From a virus, in the IMG/VR virus record IMGVR_UViG_3300010885_004110, positions 32,001-96,000 of that record: a stretch of 64,000 nt of DNA. One strand, given 5' to 3'. A program made the translations under genes and the position numbers. The notes under the pieces were generated by a model, which worked only from the letters and a program-made list of their open reading frames with translations, was not told where the DNA came from and did no database searches. Within the stretch, counting starts at the first letter, position 1, and the number at the start of each line of letters is the position of its first letter. This document shows positions 37,017 to 47,968 of the stretch, in pieces.

Positions 37017-37532
37017 ATGGCAAATAAAGTAAATAACCGATATTTCGGTCAAACAGGCTCAGCAGCAACACCTACAATCCCAATCAGAGTCTACAACGGT
37101 TCTGCAAAAGAAGGTTATATTGTAGATCAAAAAGGCGCACGTAGATTTAAATGCGCAGACGATACAACAGTTAACGACGAAGATATGGTCGTTGGAGCAC
37201 AGTATGTTATTGTATCAGCAGGTAATACTGATTGGGCAGCATGCGGAGCAGTAGATAACAAAGTTGGTAGAATATTCACAGCTACCGCAGCAGGCAGCGG
37301 AACTGGTACTGCATATCGGGTCATCACAGCTAAACTAGTACAAGGTACTAACAGCGATCCAACAGTGGCTAATACAGCTACCCTAGTTGGTATTAGTAGA
37401 AATGGAACCGGTGATCCTGTAGTTTTAAGAAAATTAAATTATAGAACAGCGTCTGACTTTAACGGCAATCGTTACAAGTGGACACTAAGCGACGACTCTA
37501 CACAAACTTTGATTCTTTTAACAGCAATCTAA
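37017..37532 (+). CDS. Putative virion structural protein (head decoration/fibre-associated)
   Basis: Late promoter, strong RBS; YVIVSAGNTDWAACGA...IFTATAAGSGTG module typical of virion fibre proteins. Confidence 0.55.
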   Translation: MANKVNNRYFGQTGSAATPTIPIRVYNGSAKEGYIVDQKGARRFKCADDTTVNDEDMVVGAQYVIVSAGNTDWAACGAVDNKVGRIFTATAAGSGTGTAYRVITAKLVQGTNSDPTVANTATLVGISRNGTGDPVVLRKLNYRTASDFNGNRYKWTLSDDSTQTLILLTAI

Positions 37533-37546
37533 TCTAGGATTTTAGC

Positions 37547-38560
37547 ATGGGACAGTTTTTTCAAGTAAATGGTGATTACAACATCAAGACTAGTGAAGGG
37601 TCGACAATTACCCTTGACACGGGTCCAGGTGTTGGTAATACCAGAGTCACTGGAAATTTAGTAGTCGAAGGTGATACTTTATATGTCTCAGTTGAAAATT
37701 TAAATGTAGACGATAACATAATTACAGTTAACTATGGTGAAAGCCCAACACATGCTGGGGTAACTTTACGTTACTCTGGCATTGAAGTTGAGAGAGGTTC
37801 GTTAACTAATGTATCGCTATTGTGGGACGAGAATGATGCTAGTTGGAATTTTAAAGAAGGTGACGGCTATGCTTCAAGTCGATTACGAATAACAGAAATT
37901 TTAACAAGTTCCGATACTCCAAATCCAATAACAAGTCGAGAAGGTGATCTAACCCTCATCGGCACCGGTTCTGGAGTTGTGTCAGTTAAAGGTACTACAG
38001 CCTATGAATTGCAAGTAACAGACGATGACGATATTCCAAATAAAGCCTATGTTGATAATGCTATTCAAACAAATCCTACGTTTCAAATTTTAAGAAGCAA
38101 CACTAGAACTGTTGCTTTTGATATTGACAATCCAGTTGATCCTGGATTATTCCCAGTCGGTCCGTACTTTGTACAACCACCTGAAAGTTTAGTAGCTATA
38201 GTTGTTAATGATTCAATCATAAGTCAATTTTATAACAATAGAGTGCAGATCGGGCAATTTATTTTCCAAGGAGAGGACCCTACTCCTGTAAATCCTTTAA
38301 TCCCAGATGCAGCAGTAATTCAAACATTAAATACTAATGCTAACATTAAGTTAGAAACTAACGGTACTGGAAAAGTAGAAATTACTTATGCCCTCCAACT
38401 TAACAATAATGGATCAACTCCAGCCAGTGTTGCTGGTAGTAGCTTAGTCTATGGGGGCACTGTAGGAGTAGGCACAACTGGATTGTATGTTGCAAATACT
38501 TCAAAAACAGACGAACTAATAAGTAAAAACAAGGCTCTTGTTTTTAGCATGATATTTTAA
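37547..38560 (+). CDS. Virion fibre-associated structural protein
   Basis: VTGNLVVEG...LNVDDNIITVN...SGIEVERG and DIPNKAYVD fibre motifs. Confidence 0.6.
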   Translation: MGQFFQVNGDYNIKTSEGSTITLDTGPGVGNTRVTGNLVVEGDTLYVSVENLNVDDNIITVNYGESPTHAGVTLRYSGIEVERGSLTNVSLLWDENDASWNFKEGDGYASSRLRITEILTSSDTPNPITSREGDLTLIGTGSGVVSVKGTTAYELQVTDDDDIPNKAYVDNAIQTNPTFQILRSNTRTVAFDIDNPVDPGLFPVGPYFVQPPESLVAIVVNDSIISQFYNNRVQIGQFIFQGEDPTPVNPLIPDAAVIQTLNTNANIKLETNGTGKVEITYALQLNNNGSTPASVAGSSLVYGGTVGVGTTGLYVANTSKTDELISKNKALVFSMIF

Positions 38561-38570
38561 GAGATAAACG

Positions 38571-38954
38571 ATGATATACAGCACACGACTAACAACTTCA
38601 GGAGACACGTTAGTGTTCACTAGCACTAGTACAGGAGCACCAGTTGGCGCTGGCGTTACTGCACAAGACAATGCAATTACAAATATTATTGTATGTAATA
38701 CTGGAACCCCTGACCTAACAGATGAAACTGTTAATAGTTGCACACTAACATTAAATTTAGTAGCAGCCGGCGCAGTAAGCTCAGCTACAAATACCATTGT
38801 TAAAAATTTAATTGTACCAGCTGGCGAAACTGTATTTTTTAGCGACGAACGAATCGTACTAAAAGGTGCATCTGGATATGGAACTGATTCTATACGTGCC
38901 ACTGCCAGCACTAGCAATCTTTTAAGTATTACTGTGAGTGCATTGCAGGTATGA
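38571..38954 (+). CDS. Small beta-rich structural/adaptor protein (paralog of 41753 and 56287)
   Basis: IIVCN...IVKNLIVPAGET...ERIVL pattern shared with the two other ~110-aa ORFs. Confidence 0.6.
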   Translation: MIYSTRLTTSGDTLVFTSTSTGAPVGAGVTAQDNAITNIIVCNTGTPDLTDETVNSCTLTLNLVAAGAVSSATNTIVKNLIVPAGETVFFSDERIVLKGASGYGTDSIRATASTSNLLSITVSALQV

Positions 38955-39454
38955 GATTCCTAAAACAGAAAACTCTCAGCAAGTATAGTCCCAGTGACAA
39001 TGCTCTGTTTACCAATCATTATGGCCGTGCTGTAATGGATCTTACTGGAGGTCTTCGACTTCCTAAAGGCACAACAGCAGAACGTCCACAGGCTGCAGGT
39101 GTACGAAATCCAAACGGTGCTAACGGATTTATTAGATATAACACCACTACAAAATCTATAGAAGCATTGATAGATGGAGTGTGGGAAGTAGTAAGAGCAC
39201 CTGGCGCAACAGCCATTACAAAAGAAACATGGGGTCCAGGAAACGATGTAGAAACAACGTTCGGACCTTTGATAAAAATTCCTAGTTCCGAAAATAACAT
39301 AATTGTATTAGTTGAAAACGTGATGCAAATTTCTGATACCAACTTTAATTTAGTTTATGATTATCTAGGTACACCTGGTGATACTAGGATTGTATTCACT
39401 AGTGCTGTTCCTACAGATAAAAATGTAACTATATTTTACGGTTATGCTGATTAA
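38951..39454 (+). CDS. Virion structural protein
   Basis: LRLPKGTTAERP...GFIRYNTTTKSIE...GVW module, also present in 39457 and 40691. Confidence 0.6.
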   Translation: MRFLKQKTLSKYSPSDNALFTNHYGRAVMDLTGGLRLPKGTTAERPQAAGVRNPNGANGFIRYNTTTKSIEALIDGVWEVVRAPGATAITKETWGPGNDVETTFGPLIKIPSSENNIIVLVENVMQISDTNFNLVYDYLGTPGDTRIVFTSAVPTDKNVTIFYGYAD

Positions 39455-39456
39455 TT

Positions 39457-40533
39457 ATGAGTCAACTAGGAAGAATCTCAGGACCGTTATTAACTAATAA
39501 CTTAGTTAGAAATGGATCACCACTAACATTTCGCAACGGACCTTTAGATGCTGATCTGTTATTCATCGGAGTAACTAACGATAGAATTGGTGTTAATACT
39601 ACCGGTCCTGCGTATTCGTTACACGTTAACGGTGATACTAGTATAAACGGTGGTGTAATTATCAACGGTATTTCTGCCAAGGTAGGAAATGTAATTTTTA
39701 ATACTAACGGCACAGTATCTAGTCAAGTTGGCCCGATTATTATTGAGCCAACTGGCGCCGATGCATATATTCAATACGGAAAAGTTTTAAATACCGCATT
39801 AGAAATTAAAGACAATTACATTAAATCAACTACTTTAAATACTGACATTGTACTAGATGCAAATGCCGCAGGCAAAGTGTCATTTTTATCAGATACTACT
39901 GTAACAAACGGTCTACAAGTTAATGGTAACATAGGAGTGGATGGAGATGTTAGACTTGATGGAATGTTTTATGTTGGAGACAATCCATTAGATACTGTAG
40001 TTATTGCACCGGATTTTACGCAGTCAATTATTCCAGGCCAGAATAACACTTACAATTTAGGTAAGACTGATAAAAAATGGGCAGAAGTAAATGTCCAAGC
40101 AATCGGTTCTTCGACAAATTTGTTAACAACTACCTTGCTAGTTAGCTATCAAACTTCGTATTCTGGTAATACAATTACAACGGTACAGAGTAACGAAGAG
40201 TTATCAATAACATCTAATAGTGGATCAGTTCAAATAGAAAGATTAACTATTAATCAAAGTACTATTGAGAATCTCAATAACACTCCGTTAACAATAACAC
40301 ATAACGGAAACGGACATTTAAAAATAAATGATTCTAATGGAATGGTTATTCCAGTGGGCAATACTAGTCAACGAGTTGGATCTGAAATTGGAGAAACTCG
40401 ATGGAACAACCAAATTGGATATATGGAATGTTTCGACGGAACTGTGTGGCAAGTGGCCACCGGCGGTGGTATTGTTGTTACGGCAGCAGTCATGGAAGAA
40501 CTTGGCAACGTTTATGCCCTCATGTTCGGCTAA
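39457..40533 (+). CDS. Fibre-like virion structural protein
   Basis: RIGVNTTGPAYSLHVNG fibre motif; paralog of 40691. Confidence 0.65.
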   Translation: MSQLGRISGPLLTNNLVRNGSPLTFRNGPLDADLLFIGVTNDRIGVNTTGPAYSLHVNGDTSINGGVIINGISAKVGNVIFNTNGTVSSQVGPIIIEPTGADAYIQYGKVLNTALEIKDNYIKSTTLNTDIVLDANAAGKVSFLSDTTVTNGLQVNGNIGVDGDVRLDGMFYVGDNPLDTVVIAPDFTQSIIPGQNNTYNLGKTDKKWAEVNVQAIGSSTNLLTTTLLVSYQTSYSGNTITTVQSNEELSITSNSGSVQIERLTINQSTIENLNNTPLTITHNGNGHLKINDSNGMVIPVGNTSQRVGSEIGETRWNNQIGYMECFDGTVWQVATGGGIVVTAAVMEELGNVYALMFG

Positions 40534-40547
40534 ATCTCCAAAAAGAC

Positions 40548-40690
40548 TAAATACTAATGATTACAGAAGATGACCAATTTTCTGTATGGTTAAACTGTGG
40601 TAAACCCGCAAAGAGCCTAAATAAAACTTAGGATGCGCACATAGGTGCAAAGGTGGTTAACCGTGAAACACGGGGTATTTAGGAGAGCAA
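40548..40690 (+). promoter_or_regulatory. Late promoter plus multi-helix structured leader (candidate cis-regulatory RNA)
   Basis: TAAATA at 40548-40553, then five hairpins/multiloop before AGGAG and ATG 40691. Confidence 0.5.
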
Positions 40691-41743
40691 ATGGCTATTG
40701 GTCGCATTTCAGGTCCGCTCTTAAAGAATAATCTTATCAGAGATGGTATAGATTTAGCCTTTGAGACCGACCTTCTTTATTTGGACGTCAACAACTCCAG
40801 AATTGGCATCAACACGGCCGCTCCCCAATACGCACTAGATGTAGTAGGCACTACACGTTCGTCAAATTTAGATATTTCCGTAGACTTAACAGTTGGTAAT
40901 TTTTTACTTTCTGGAAATACAATCTCTAGTAATTTACCAACTATCAATTTTATAGCATCAGGCGGCGAAGCTACAGCTTATCATTCACGTTTAATAGTCA
41001 ACGACATAGAATTAAACGGTAACGTAATTTCAACAACCTCTTCTAATGCAGATTTAGAATTAAATCCCAACGGCACTGGAAAGGTAAACATTCAGGCTCC
41101 TGCAGAAATTAATGGCACATTAAATGTTACCGGCAATATTAATGCTACTGGAAATATCACAATAGGTGGTAATTTAACTATTGGAGATTCGCTATCTGAT
41201 ACTATCACTATTAATGCTAGTATTCGCAGCGATTTGATTCCAGAAACTACTAATGTTTGGGATTTAGGATCATCTGCATATAAATGGGGAACTGTGTATG
41301 CATCAACAGTAAATGCAGATACATTAAATATTGCAGATTTTAATGTTGGTAATTTACATCTGTACGATAACACAATTACAACAACCACCGGTAATTTAAT
41401 TTTAGATGCTAACGGAACAGGGCACGTTCGCATTGGTAATTTAACATTTAAAGATAATCAGATAACCAATGTAGTTACTGATTCGGTTACTGAAATAACA
41501 CAAAGCGGTACTGGATATTTTAAAATTACTGGTACAAATGGATTTATTCCTCCTAAAGGTAACACATCACAAAGACCGTTGTTTATAAACGCAGTCGAAG
41601 GTATGACTCGATATAATACAGACTCCAAAGCATTAGAGATTTGGGACGGTACAGTATGGGCAAGTCCGGCAGGTACAATCGGTGCAGTATCAGAAGCAAC
41701 AGCTAACGAAATTGCTATTAAATATGCTTTGACACTAGGATAA
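40691..41743 (+). CDS. Fibre-like virion structural protein
   Basis: MAIGRISGPLL; RIGINTAAPQYALDVVG; repeated NADLELNPNGTGKV-type units; PKGNTSQRP...GMTRYNT. Confidence 0.65.
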   Translation: MAIGRISGPLLKNNLIRDGIDLAFETDLLYLDVNNSRIGINTAAPQYALDVVGTTRSSNLDISVDLTVGNFLLSGNTISSNLPTINFIASGGEATAYHSRLIVNDIELNGNVISTTSSNADLELNPNGTGKVNIQAPAEINGTLNVTGNINATGNITIGGNLTIGDSLSDTITINASIRSDLIPETTNVWDLGSSAYKWGTVYASTVNADTLNIADFNVGNLHLYDNTITTTTGNLILDANGTGHVRIGNLTFKDNQITNVVTDSVTEITQSGTGYFKITGTNGFIPPKGNTSQRPLFINAVEGMTRYNTDSKALEIWDGTVWASPAGTIGAVSEATANEIAIKYALTLG

Positions 41744-41752
41744 AAGAAGAAC

Positions 41753-42085
41753 ATGCCAACAACATTTAAAAACACAGTTAACACAAATATAGGTACAACA
41801 CCTATTGATGTTATACAAATGCCTGTGGGATTTAGAGCAACTATTATCGGTTGCAATCTTGCTAACACAACAGATTACGATACAATTAATGTTGACGTAT
41901 ATGTAATTGGTGAAGATAGCATTGCAGGGTATTATGTTAAGGGACTAACAATACCTCCTAACTCGGCAGTAAAAATTATTACCAACGGTGAAAAATTAAT
42001 TTTACCAGAATATGCAGGATTACGAATTGTCAGCGATACCGCAGCTAGCGTTGATGCTGTTATTAGTTACGTAGAAATATCTTAA
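41753..42085 (+). CDS. Small beta-rich structural/adaptor protein
   Basis: IIGCNLAN...YYVKGLTIPPN...EKLIL; paralog of 38571 and 56287. Confidence 0.6.
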   Translation: MPTTFKNTVNTNIGTTPIDVIQMPVGFRATIIGCNLANTTDYDTINVDVYVIGEDSIAGYYVKGLTIPPNSAVKIITNGEKLILPEYAGLRIVSDTAASVDAVISYVEIS

Positions 42086-42095
42086 GGAATACATT

Positions 42096-42461
42096 ATGAA
42101 TAGCAATTACTATTTAGGCAATGACCCGCAATCACTATTAGGAGATACTCCTAGATTTTTCTACGGATTACGAAGAGGTCAAGACGGTTCTTTATACTTG
42201 ATGAGAAGTGATCAAATTCGCGGAGACGATGCAATTCAACTTAACGATCCAGGCGAAGAAGCCGGAAATTACACTGAGTTCGAAGTAGGAATAGACTTCT
42301 TCGAAGGACGAGATGTTTATCATAATAAAGTTTTTGAAAATTTAAGATACGAACAATACCGCTGGGATGATCGTGCAATGTTTTATTATATTGATGATGA
42401 CGGACAATTAGTTGTAAGAATTAATAACGGCTATCCATACGAAGAATTAACAGCACCTTAA
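42096..42461 (+). CDS. Hypothetical structural protein
   Basis: 121-aa ORF with AAGGA RBS inside the fibre operon. Confidence 0.65.
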   Translation: MNSNYYLGNDPQSLLGDTPRFFYGLRRGQDGSLYLMRSDQIRGDDAIQLNDPGEEAGNYTEFEVGIDFFEGRDVYHNKVFENLRYEQYRWDDRAMFYYIDDDGQLVVRINNGYPYEELTAP

Positions 42462-42478
42462 TATTGGAATTATAAAAA

Positions 42479-45400
42479 ATGGCAGATTTTAAATTAGGTA
42501 GGATTAGATATAAATGGCAGGGAGCATGGACTTCTGCTAGAGATTATATCCCTGATGATATTATTGAATATCATGGAAAATCATACGTATGCTTGGTACA
42601 ACATACTTCAGCGACAGATTTTTATACAGACATTAACTTTTTAAATAATGATGTTCCACCAGCAGCTGAGCCTAAGTGGCTTTTAATGATGGACGGATAT
42701 GTATGGGAAGGCAACTGGGAAACTAACACATACTATGTTAAAGGTAACATAGTTAAGTATGCAGCTAATGTATACCAGTGTATTGAACCACATACTTCAG
42801 CATTAACAGAACAAGGATTTGTAGCAGATATTGTATCCTATTGGATACTGTATAGTCCGAGTAACATCTGGAAAACAGAGTGGGCTCCAGCAACGTATTA
42901 TAAACTAAATGATATTGTAAAGTATTTTGGTATAATTTATAGATGTAAAGTCGCACACACATCGGCCGCTGACTTTGATTTAGGTATCGATTCTGCGTTA
43001 TTATTAAACAAGTGGGAAATAGTAAGTTTAGCGCAGCAATGGCGCGGAGATTGGACTGTAACTACAAGATATCGAATTAATGACATTATTAAATATAACG
43101 GAATTGTGTATCGATGTCTAGCAGGACATACTTCTTCTAATGCAGTTTCTGGATTAGAAGTTGACAGCAATAAATGGGAGTTTGTTCGTGTAGGCATAGA
43201 ATTCAAAGGAACATGGTCTCCGCAGGTATTATCCCCAGCATCTCCTGGAACTCGATATCGAGAAAACGATGTAGTTAAGTACGGAGCCGATCTATGGATT
43301 TGTGCAACTGCTCATACTTCGTCTACAAGTTTTAATACCGCACAATGGGAACTATATACTTCTGGATTTGAATACGAATATACCTGGAGTCCTACAACAG
43401 CGTATCAACCAGGCGATGTAGTTCAATACGGTGGATATTTGTTTGTTGCTAATTTACACAACACTAATGTAACTCCTTCACAAAATCTACTAACATGGTC
43501 TTACTTATATTTAGGTACTAGAATTAGAGGTGAGTGGTCAATTTCAACCCCTTACTTTGTTGGAGATCTAGTACGTCGACAAGGACAACTTTATGTTGCT
43601 ATTGCAGATGGAGTTGGCCAAGATACTGATCTATTAGGTGACGGTAGTACCATTAATTCTAATTATTGGGATTTAGTAATTCCTGGCGAAAAATGGCAAG
43701 GTGTTTGGCAACCAACAACTCAATATGTTATTGGCGATGTTGTAAACTGGATTGCGCACACGTATCGATGTGTAGCAATTCATACTTCGGCAACATTGAC
43801 TCGACCAGATAACGATACTGGAAATACATATTGGGTATTATATACCTATGGTACTAATAGCAATAGATTAAAAAATCCAGGCGATTTAAAAACCTATGGA
43901 TATGATGCTGAAACATCAACTATTAGAACTAAAGCATTAGCAGTTGGTACAGGCGGCAAATTACTTAAATCTCTAAACGGAGAAGTATCATGGAACCCAT
44001 TTTGGGAATCTGACAAAGTTTACTATGTTGGATCCGACGGAGTTGATGATGCAACACACGGTACTACTTTAAACTCACCGTGGAAAACTATTAGATATGC
44101 CTGCGAAAACATAACAGGAACAGCTACGGTATTTGTTAAACATGGTACTTACAATGAAGTGTTGCCAATTAGAGTGCCGGCATTTGTTTCAATTGTTGGA
44201 GACGAATTACGCGGTACTGTTGTACAACCTGCTACTACTTTAATTCCAGCAGCTGATGCAGCAAAAACTGTATCAGCGTTAACCTATATTACAGTTAGTA
44301 TCATCGGTAATGTTATTAGTCATATTCCAGTTCTTGTTCTATATTCTAATGTTCAACAAGTTATATCTGGCAATGCAGGTAGCAATTCAGCAAAATTATT
44401 AGCAATGGATTTATTTGATAGTATTGCTGCAATTATTGAAACTCCGGAAACCGTACCGACCATTGTTGGTACTAATTCAGCTACACTTGACGCGGGAACT
44501 TTAGATACATTAATTAATATTGAAAATAATAGAGAATTTATTATTCAAGAAACTATTGCCTATATGCTTGCGTCTTATCCGTTATATAGTTTTAATACAG
44601 AGACATGCGCAAGAGATTTAAATCGATTCATTGATGCTGTTAAGTACGATTTGTTGTATCCAGGAAATTGGAAGTCAGTAGAAGCTGCAAATTATTATGC
44701 AAATGCTGCTGATGGTGCAAGAAATGCTCTTCAAAATATGTTCTTACTAAGAGACGGCACTGGTTTAAGAAATATGACATTAAAAGGTCTCAGCGGAGAA
44801 TTCACAGAACCGGATCTTACTTTAATCAAACGTGTAACCGCAGGAGCATTTGCATCTCTTGATCCAGGATGGGGGCCAAACGACTCTACTGCATGGGTAG
44901 GTACAAAGTCTCCATACATTCAAAACGTCACAACATTTGGTACAAAGTGTGTCGGATTAAAAGTTGACGGTGCATTGCACAATGGCGGCAATCAAACTGT
45001 TGTGTGTAATGACTTTACACAAATTTTAAGTGATGGCATTGGATTTTGGGCTAACAATAATGGCAAATCAGAACTAGTTTCTGTGTTTACATATTATAAT
45101 TATATTGGATATTTGGCTGAAAATGGCTCCAGAGTACGTTCAACTAACGGTAATAATTCTTATGGCACATTTGGTTGTATAGCAAAGGGATCATCGTTAA
45201 CTGAAACTCCGATGACTGCATATGTTGAAAATCAGTATTACCAAGCACAGATATCACAAGTTTTATTGAATAACGGCAGTGTTATGAAACTGTTCTTTTC
45301 AAACGCAGGAGTTAATTATTCCAGTGTAAACTATACAGTAACTGGATCTGGTGTTGGAGCAGTATTAACAGGCGACGAATTTAGAGACAACGGTGTATAC

Positions 45401-47899
45401 GAAGCTAGGGTAGTTGATAGAGGAGACTCTACCGCATTGGGTGGTCTTAGATATCTATTCAATACTAATAATGCTCAACAAGGTGATACTGACGTAATTC
45501 GATTGTCTGCATCAGATAATTTTACTGCTGCCAAATACGAAGGCATGCGAATTTTTCTACAAGAAGGTACCGGCACTGGTCAGTACGGATATATTGCAAC
45601 ATTTGATTTTATCAGTAAAGATGTAACAGTTGGTAGTGAGGAAGATGTACCTATTTCTGTAACAGCAACTATCGGATCCAGTAATCTTATAACAGTTGGT
45701 AGTACTGTTACTCTAGCAGTTAACGAAAAAGTTGTATTATCGGGAACTGCATTTGGTAATATAGCTTATGGTCAGATTTATTACATTAAACAAGTCTTTA
45801 GTTTAACGCAAATAACATTATCTGAAACATTGGGAGGAGCAGTATTAGACGTTATCGACGGTACTGGATCAATGACATTACATCATGTTGGATGGCACCA
45901 TGTTAGTGAGGGAACTACTATCGAGTCAACTCTTGATACTAGCACAGTTTATTATATCGAACCAAGAGTACAATTTAGTAGTCCTGGATTTACAACCAGT
46001 TCTGGAACTGTTTCTGCAACGGCTGCTTGGAAATCAACAGCATACGGTAATGATATATTTGTAGCAGTTGCTACAAATATTGTAGCAACTAGCCCCGACG
46101 GACTAATATGGACCACTGGCACAATCCCAACAGGCAACTGGAGATCTGTAGCATACGGTAACGGCAGATTTGTTGTTGTTGCAGCATTGGGAACAACTGC
46201 ACTATACTCTACCGACGGATTAAGCTGGACATCTGTAACTATTCCTTCTGGCGAATACAGATCAGTTGTTTACGGTAATGCTGTTAGTGCATGGGTAACT
46301 GTATCTGCAAATACTAATAAGGGAGCAGTTTCTCTAGATAACGGAGCAACATGGACTCAAACTACTCTAGGTGAGGGCGCAGAATGGAATAGTGTGGCAT
46401 TTGGTAACGGTAAATTTGTTGCAGTTAGTTTAAGTGATTCGACCTTAACTCAAACAGCATATTCTGCAGATGGTACTACATGGAGTACAGGTTCATACAT
46501 CGGCGGCTGTGAAGCAGTTACATTCGGTAGTGGTAGATTTGTAGCCATTGATGGAACTAGTTCTACTAGTTCGTTTATTAGCACCAACGGTATTGATTGG
46601 GTTGCTGGAACATTACCGGGAGCTGCTGCGAGTTGGAAAACTATTACCTACGGCGGCGGCGTGTTCTTAGCAACAGTTACCGGATCATCAAGAGCTGCAT
46701 TATCAGATGATGGTATTCACTGGACTTCACAGACATTAACATCTAGCAGTGATTGGAGTGCAGGCGCATACGGCAATGGAAAATTTGTAGTTATTGCTGG
46801 AAATTCTGCTCCAAGCAATACAACAAGAATTATTACTACCGGCGCCACTACAAAAGCTAGAGCAGTTGTTGTTGGAGGTAAAATTTCCAGCATTATAATT
46901 TGGGAACCTGGATCTGGATATTCTGCTACTCCTGTTATTTCTATTACTGACCCTAATGCAACAGCAGCAGTGTCTATTGAAGTAAGAACAGGCAGCGGTA
47001 TACTTGCTACCCCAACATTAACTAATCCTGGTTTATATTATGTAACTATTGACGTAAATTTAAACGGCGACGGATACAAAGACGAGTATCAACTAGGTAA
47101 GTATCTTGTTGTTAACTCGTTGTCTAGAGTTCCCCGCCCAGGCGATAATTTGTTTATTAGCGGCATTAACGATTATACCTATAGAGTTTTACAATCTGAA
47201 GTTTTAGAAGGAGTTGTTCCTAATATTACTGCAAAGTTAACAATTGCAAAAACTCTAGGAAGGGCAGAAAGTCCGAATCACGGTACCTCGGTGACAATTA
47301 GACAAAACTATAGTCAAATTCGTATCACTGGACATGACTTTTTAGATATTGGATTAGGAAATTTTGCTCAAACAAATTATCCTAATACTTTAAATCCAGA
47401 AGGTACTGTATTAGCACCGGAAAATGAGTACGCAGAATTTAGCGGTGGTCGTGTGTTCTATACATCAACTGACCAAGATGGTAACTTTAGAGTTGGTGAG
47501 TTGTTTGCTGTAGAGCAGGCCTCAGGAACAGTTACCTTGAGTGCAGATTTCTTCCAACTAGACGGTCTTGAAGAATTGCAACTTGGTGGTATTTCCGTAG
47601 GCGGCACTGGGACAGTTATTAGAGAATTTTCAACAGACGGTACATTTGCTGCTGATTCAAATAATGTTGTTCCTACACAGCGAGCTATCAAAGCCTATGT
47701 GTCAGCTAGAGTATCAGGTGGCGGATCGGATGCTAGAACCGGTACAGCAGTATCTGGTTTAGTTAGCGTTGGGCCTAATAGTATTACAACAACAACACTT
47801 ACTCAAATTGATATACCGGTTCGAGTTAAATTTAACAAGGGCGTAGATGGTTCTATGCTAGCACTGGCATATTTTATGGACGGTGGAGGTGGTCAGTAA
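42479..47899 (+). CDS. Giant fibre/appendage protein (1,806 aa): CBM5/12-like repeats, beta-helix, helical CxRD domain, beta-propeller-type repeats
   Basis: N-terminal W-x5-Y-x2-(G/N)D(I/V)V-x-Y-x-G-x2-Y-x-C-x3-HTS repeats; YVGSDGVD...PWKTIRYA...GTYNEVLPI...IVGDELRGT beta-helix entry; W-x-SVAYGNGRFV...SxDGxxW repeats. Confidence 0.75.
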   Translation: MADFKLGRIRYKWQGAWTSARDYIPDDIIEYHGKSYVCLVQHTSATDFYTDINFLNNDVPPAAEPKWLLMMDGYVWEGNWETNTYYVKGNIVKYAANVYQCIEPHTSALTEQGFVADIVSYWILYSPSNIWKTEWAPATYYKLNDIVKYFGIIYRCKVAHTSAADFDLGIDSALLLNKWEIVSLAQQWRGDWTVTTRYRINDIIKYNGIVYRCLAGHTSSNAVSGLEVDSNKWEFVRVGIEFKGTWSPQVLSPASPGTRYRENDVVKYGADLWICATAHTSSTSFNTAQWELYTSGFEYEYTWSPTTAYQPGDVVQYGGYLFVANLHNTNVTPSQNLLTWSYLYLGTRIRGEWSISTPYFVGDLVRRQGQLYVAIADGVGQDTDLLGDGSTINSNYWDLVIPGEKWQGVWQPTTQYVIGDVVNWIAHTYRCVAIHTSATLTRPDNDTGNTYWVLYTYGTNSNRLKNPGDLKTYGYDAETSTIRTKALAVGTGGKLLKSLNGEVSWNPFWESDKVYYVGSDGVDDATHGTTLNSPWKTIRYACENITGTATVFVKHGTYNEVLPIRVPAFVSIVGDELRGTVVQPATTLIPAADAAKTVSALTYITVSIIGNVISHIPVLVLYSNVQQVISGNAGSNSAKLLAMDLFDSIAAIIETPETVPTIVGTNSATLDAGTLDTLINIENNREFIIQETIAYMLASYPLYSFNTETCARDLNRFIDAVKYDLLYPGNWKSVEAANYYANAADGARNALQNMFLLRDGTGLRNMTLKGLSGEFTEPDLTLIKRVTAGAFASLDPGWGPNDSTAWVGTKSPYIQNVTTFGTKCVGLKVDGALHNGGNQTVVCNDFTQILSDGIGFWANNNGKSELVSVFTYYNYIGYLAENGSRVRSTNGNNSYGTFGCIAKGSSLTETPMTAYVENQYYQAQISQVLLNNGSVMKLFFSNAGVNYSSVNYTVTGSGVGAVLTGDEFRDNGVYEARVVDRGDSTALGGLRYLFNTNNAQQGDTDVIRLSASDNFTAAKYEGMRIFLQEGTGTGQYGYIATFDFISKDVTVGSEEDVPISVTATIGSSNLITVGSTVTLAVNEKVVLSGTAFGNIAYGQIYYIKQVFSLTQITLSETLGGAVLDVIDGTGSMTLHHVGWHHVSEGTTIESTLDTSTVYYIEPRVQFSSPGFTTSSGTVSATAAWKSTAYGNDIFVAVATNIVATSPDGLIWTTGTIPTGNWRSVAYGNGRFVVVAALGTTALYSTDGLSWTSVTIPSGEYRSVVYGNAVSAWVTVSANTNKGAVSLDNGATWTQTTLGEGAEWNSVAFGNGKFVAVSLSDSTLTQTAYSADGTTWSTGSYIGGCEAVTFGSGRFVAIDGTSSTSSFISTNGIDWVAGTLPGAAASWKTITYGGGVFLATVTGSSRAALSDDGIHWTSQTLTSSSDWSAGAYGNGKFVVIAGNSAPSNTTRIITTGATTKARAVVVGGKISSIIIWEPGSGYSATPVISITDPNATAAVSIEVRTGSGILATPTLTNPGLYYVTIDVNLNGDGYKDEYQLGKYLVVNSLSRVPRPGDNLFISGINDYTYRVLQSEVLEGVVPNITAKLTIAKTLGRAESPNHGTSVTIRQNYSQIRITGHDFLDIGLGNFAQTNYPNTLNPEGTVLAPENEYAEFSGGRVFYTSTDQDGNFRVGELFAVEQASGTVTLSADFFQLDGLEELQLGGISVGGTGTVIREFSTDGTFAADSNNVVPTQRAIKAYVSARVSGGGSDARTGTAVSGLVSVGPNSITTTTLTQIDIPVRVKFNKGVDGSMLALAYFMDGGGGQ

Positions 47900-47935
47900 T
47901 AATGACTACTACAAAAACAATATCTGAAAAAGATA

Positions 47936-47942
47936 ATAAATA
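47936..47942 (+). promoter_or_regulatory. Late promoter box ATAAATA
   Basis: Upstream of GGAG and ATG 47969. Confidence 0.55.
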
Positions 47943-47968
47943 TATAAACTGCACAAATGGAGTTATAG

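Noticed and set aside
40588-40665. c-di-GMP-I riboswitch or pistol ribozyme
   Set aside because: Only fragmentary resemblance (GGTAAACC..CGCAAAG; AGGTGCAA); the GNRA-capped P2 and the pistol pseudoknot are not present.
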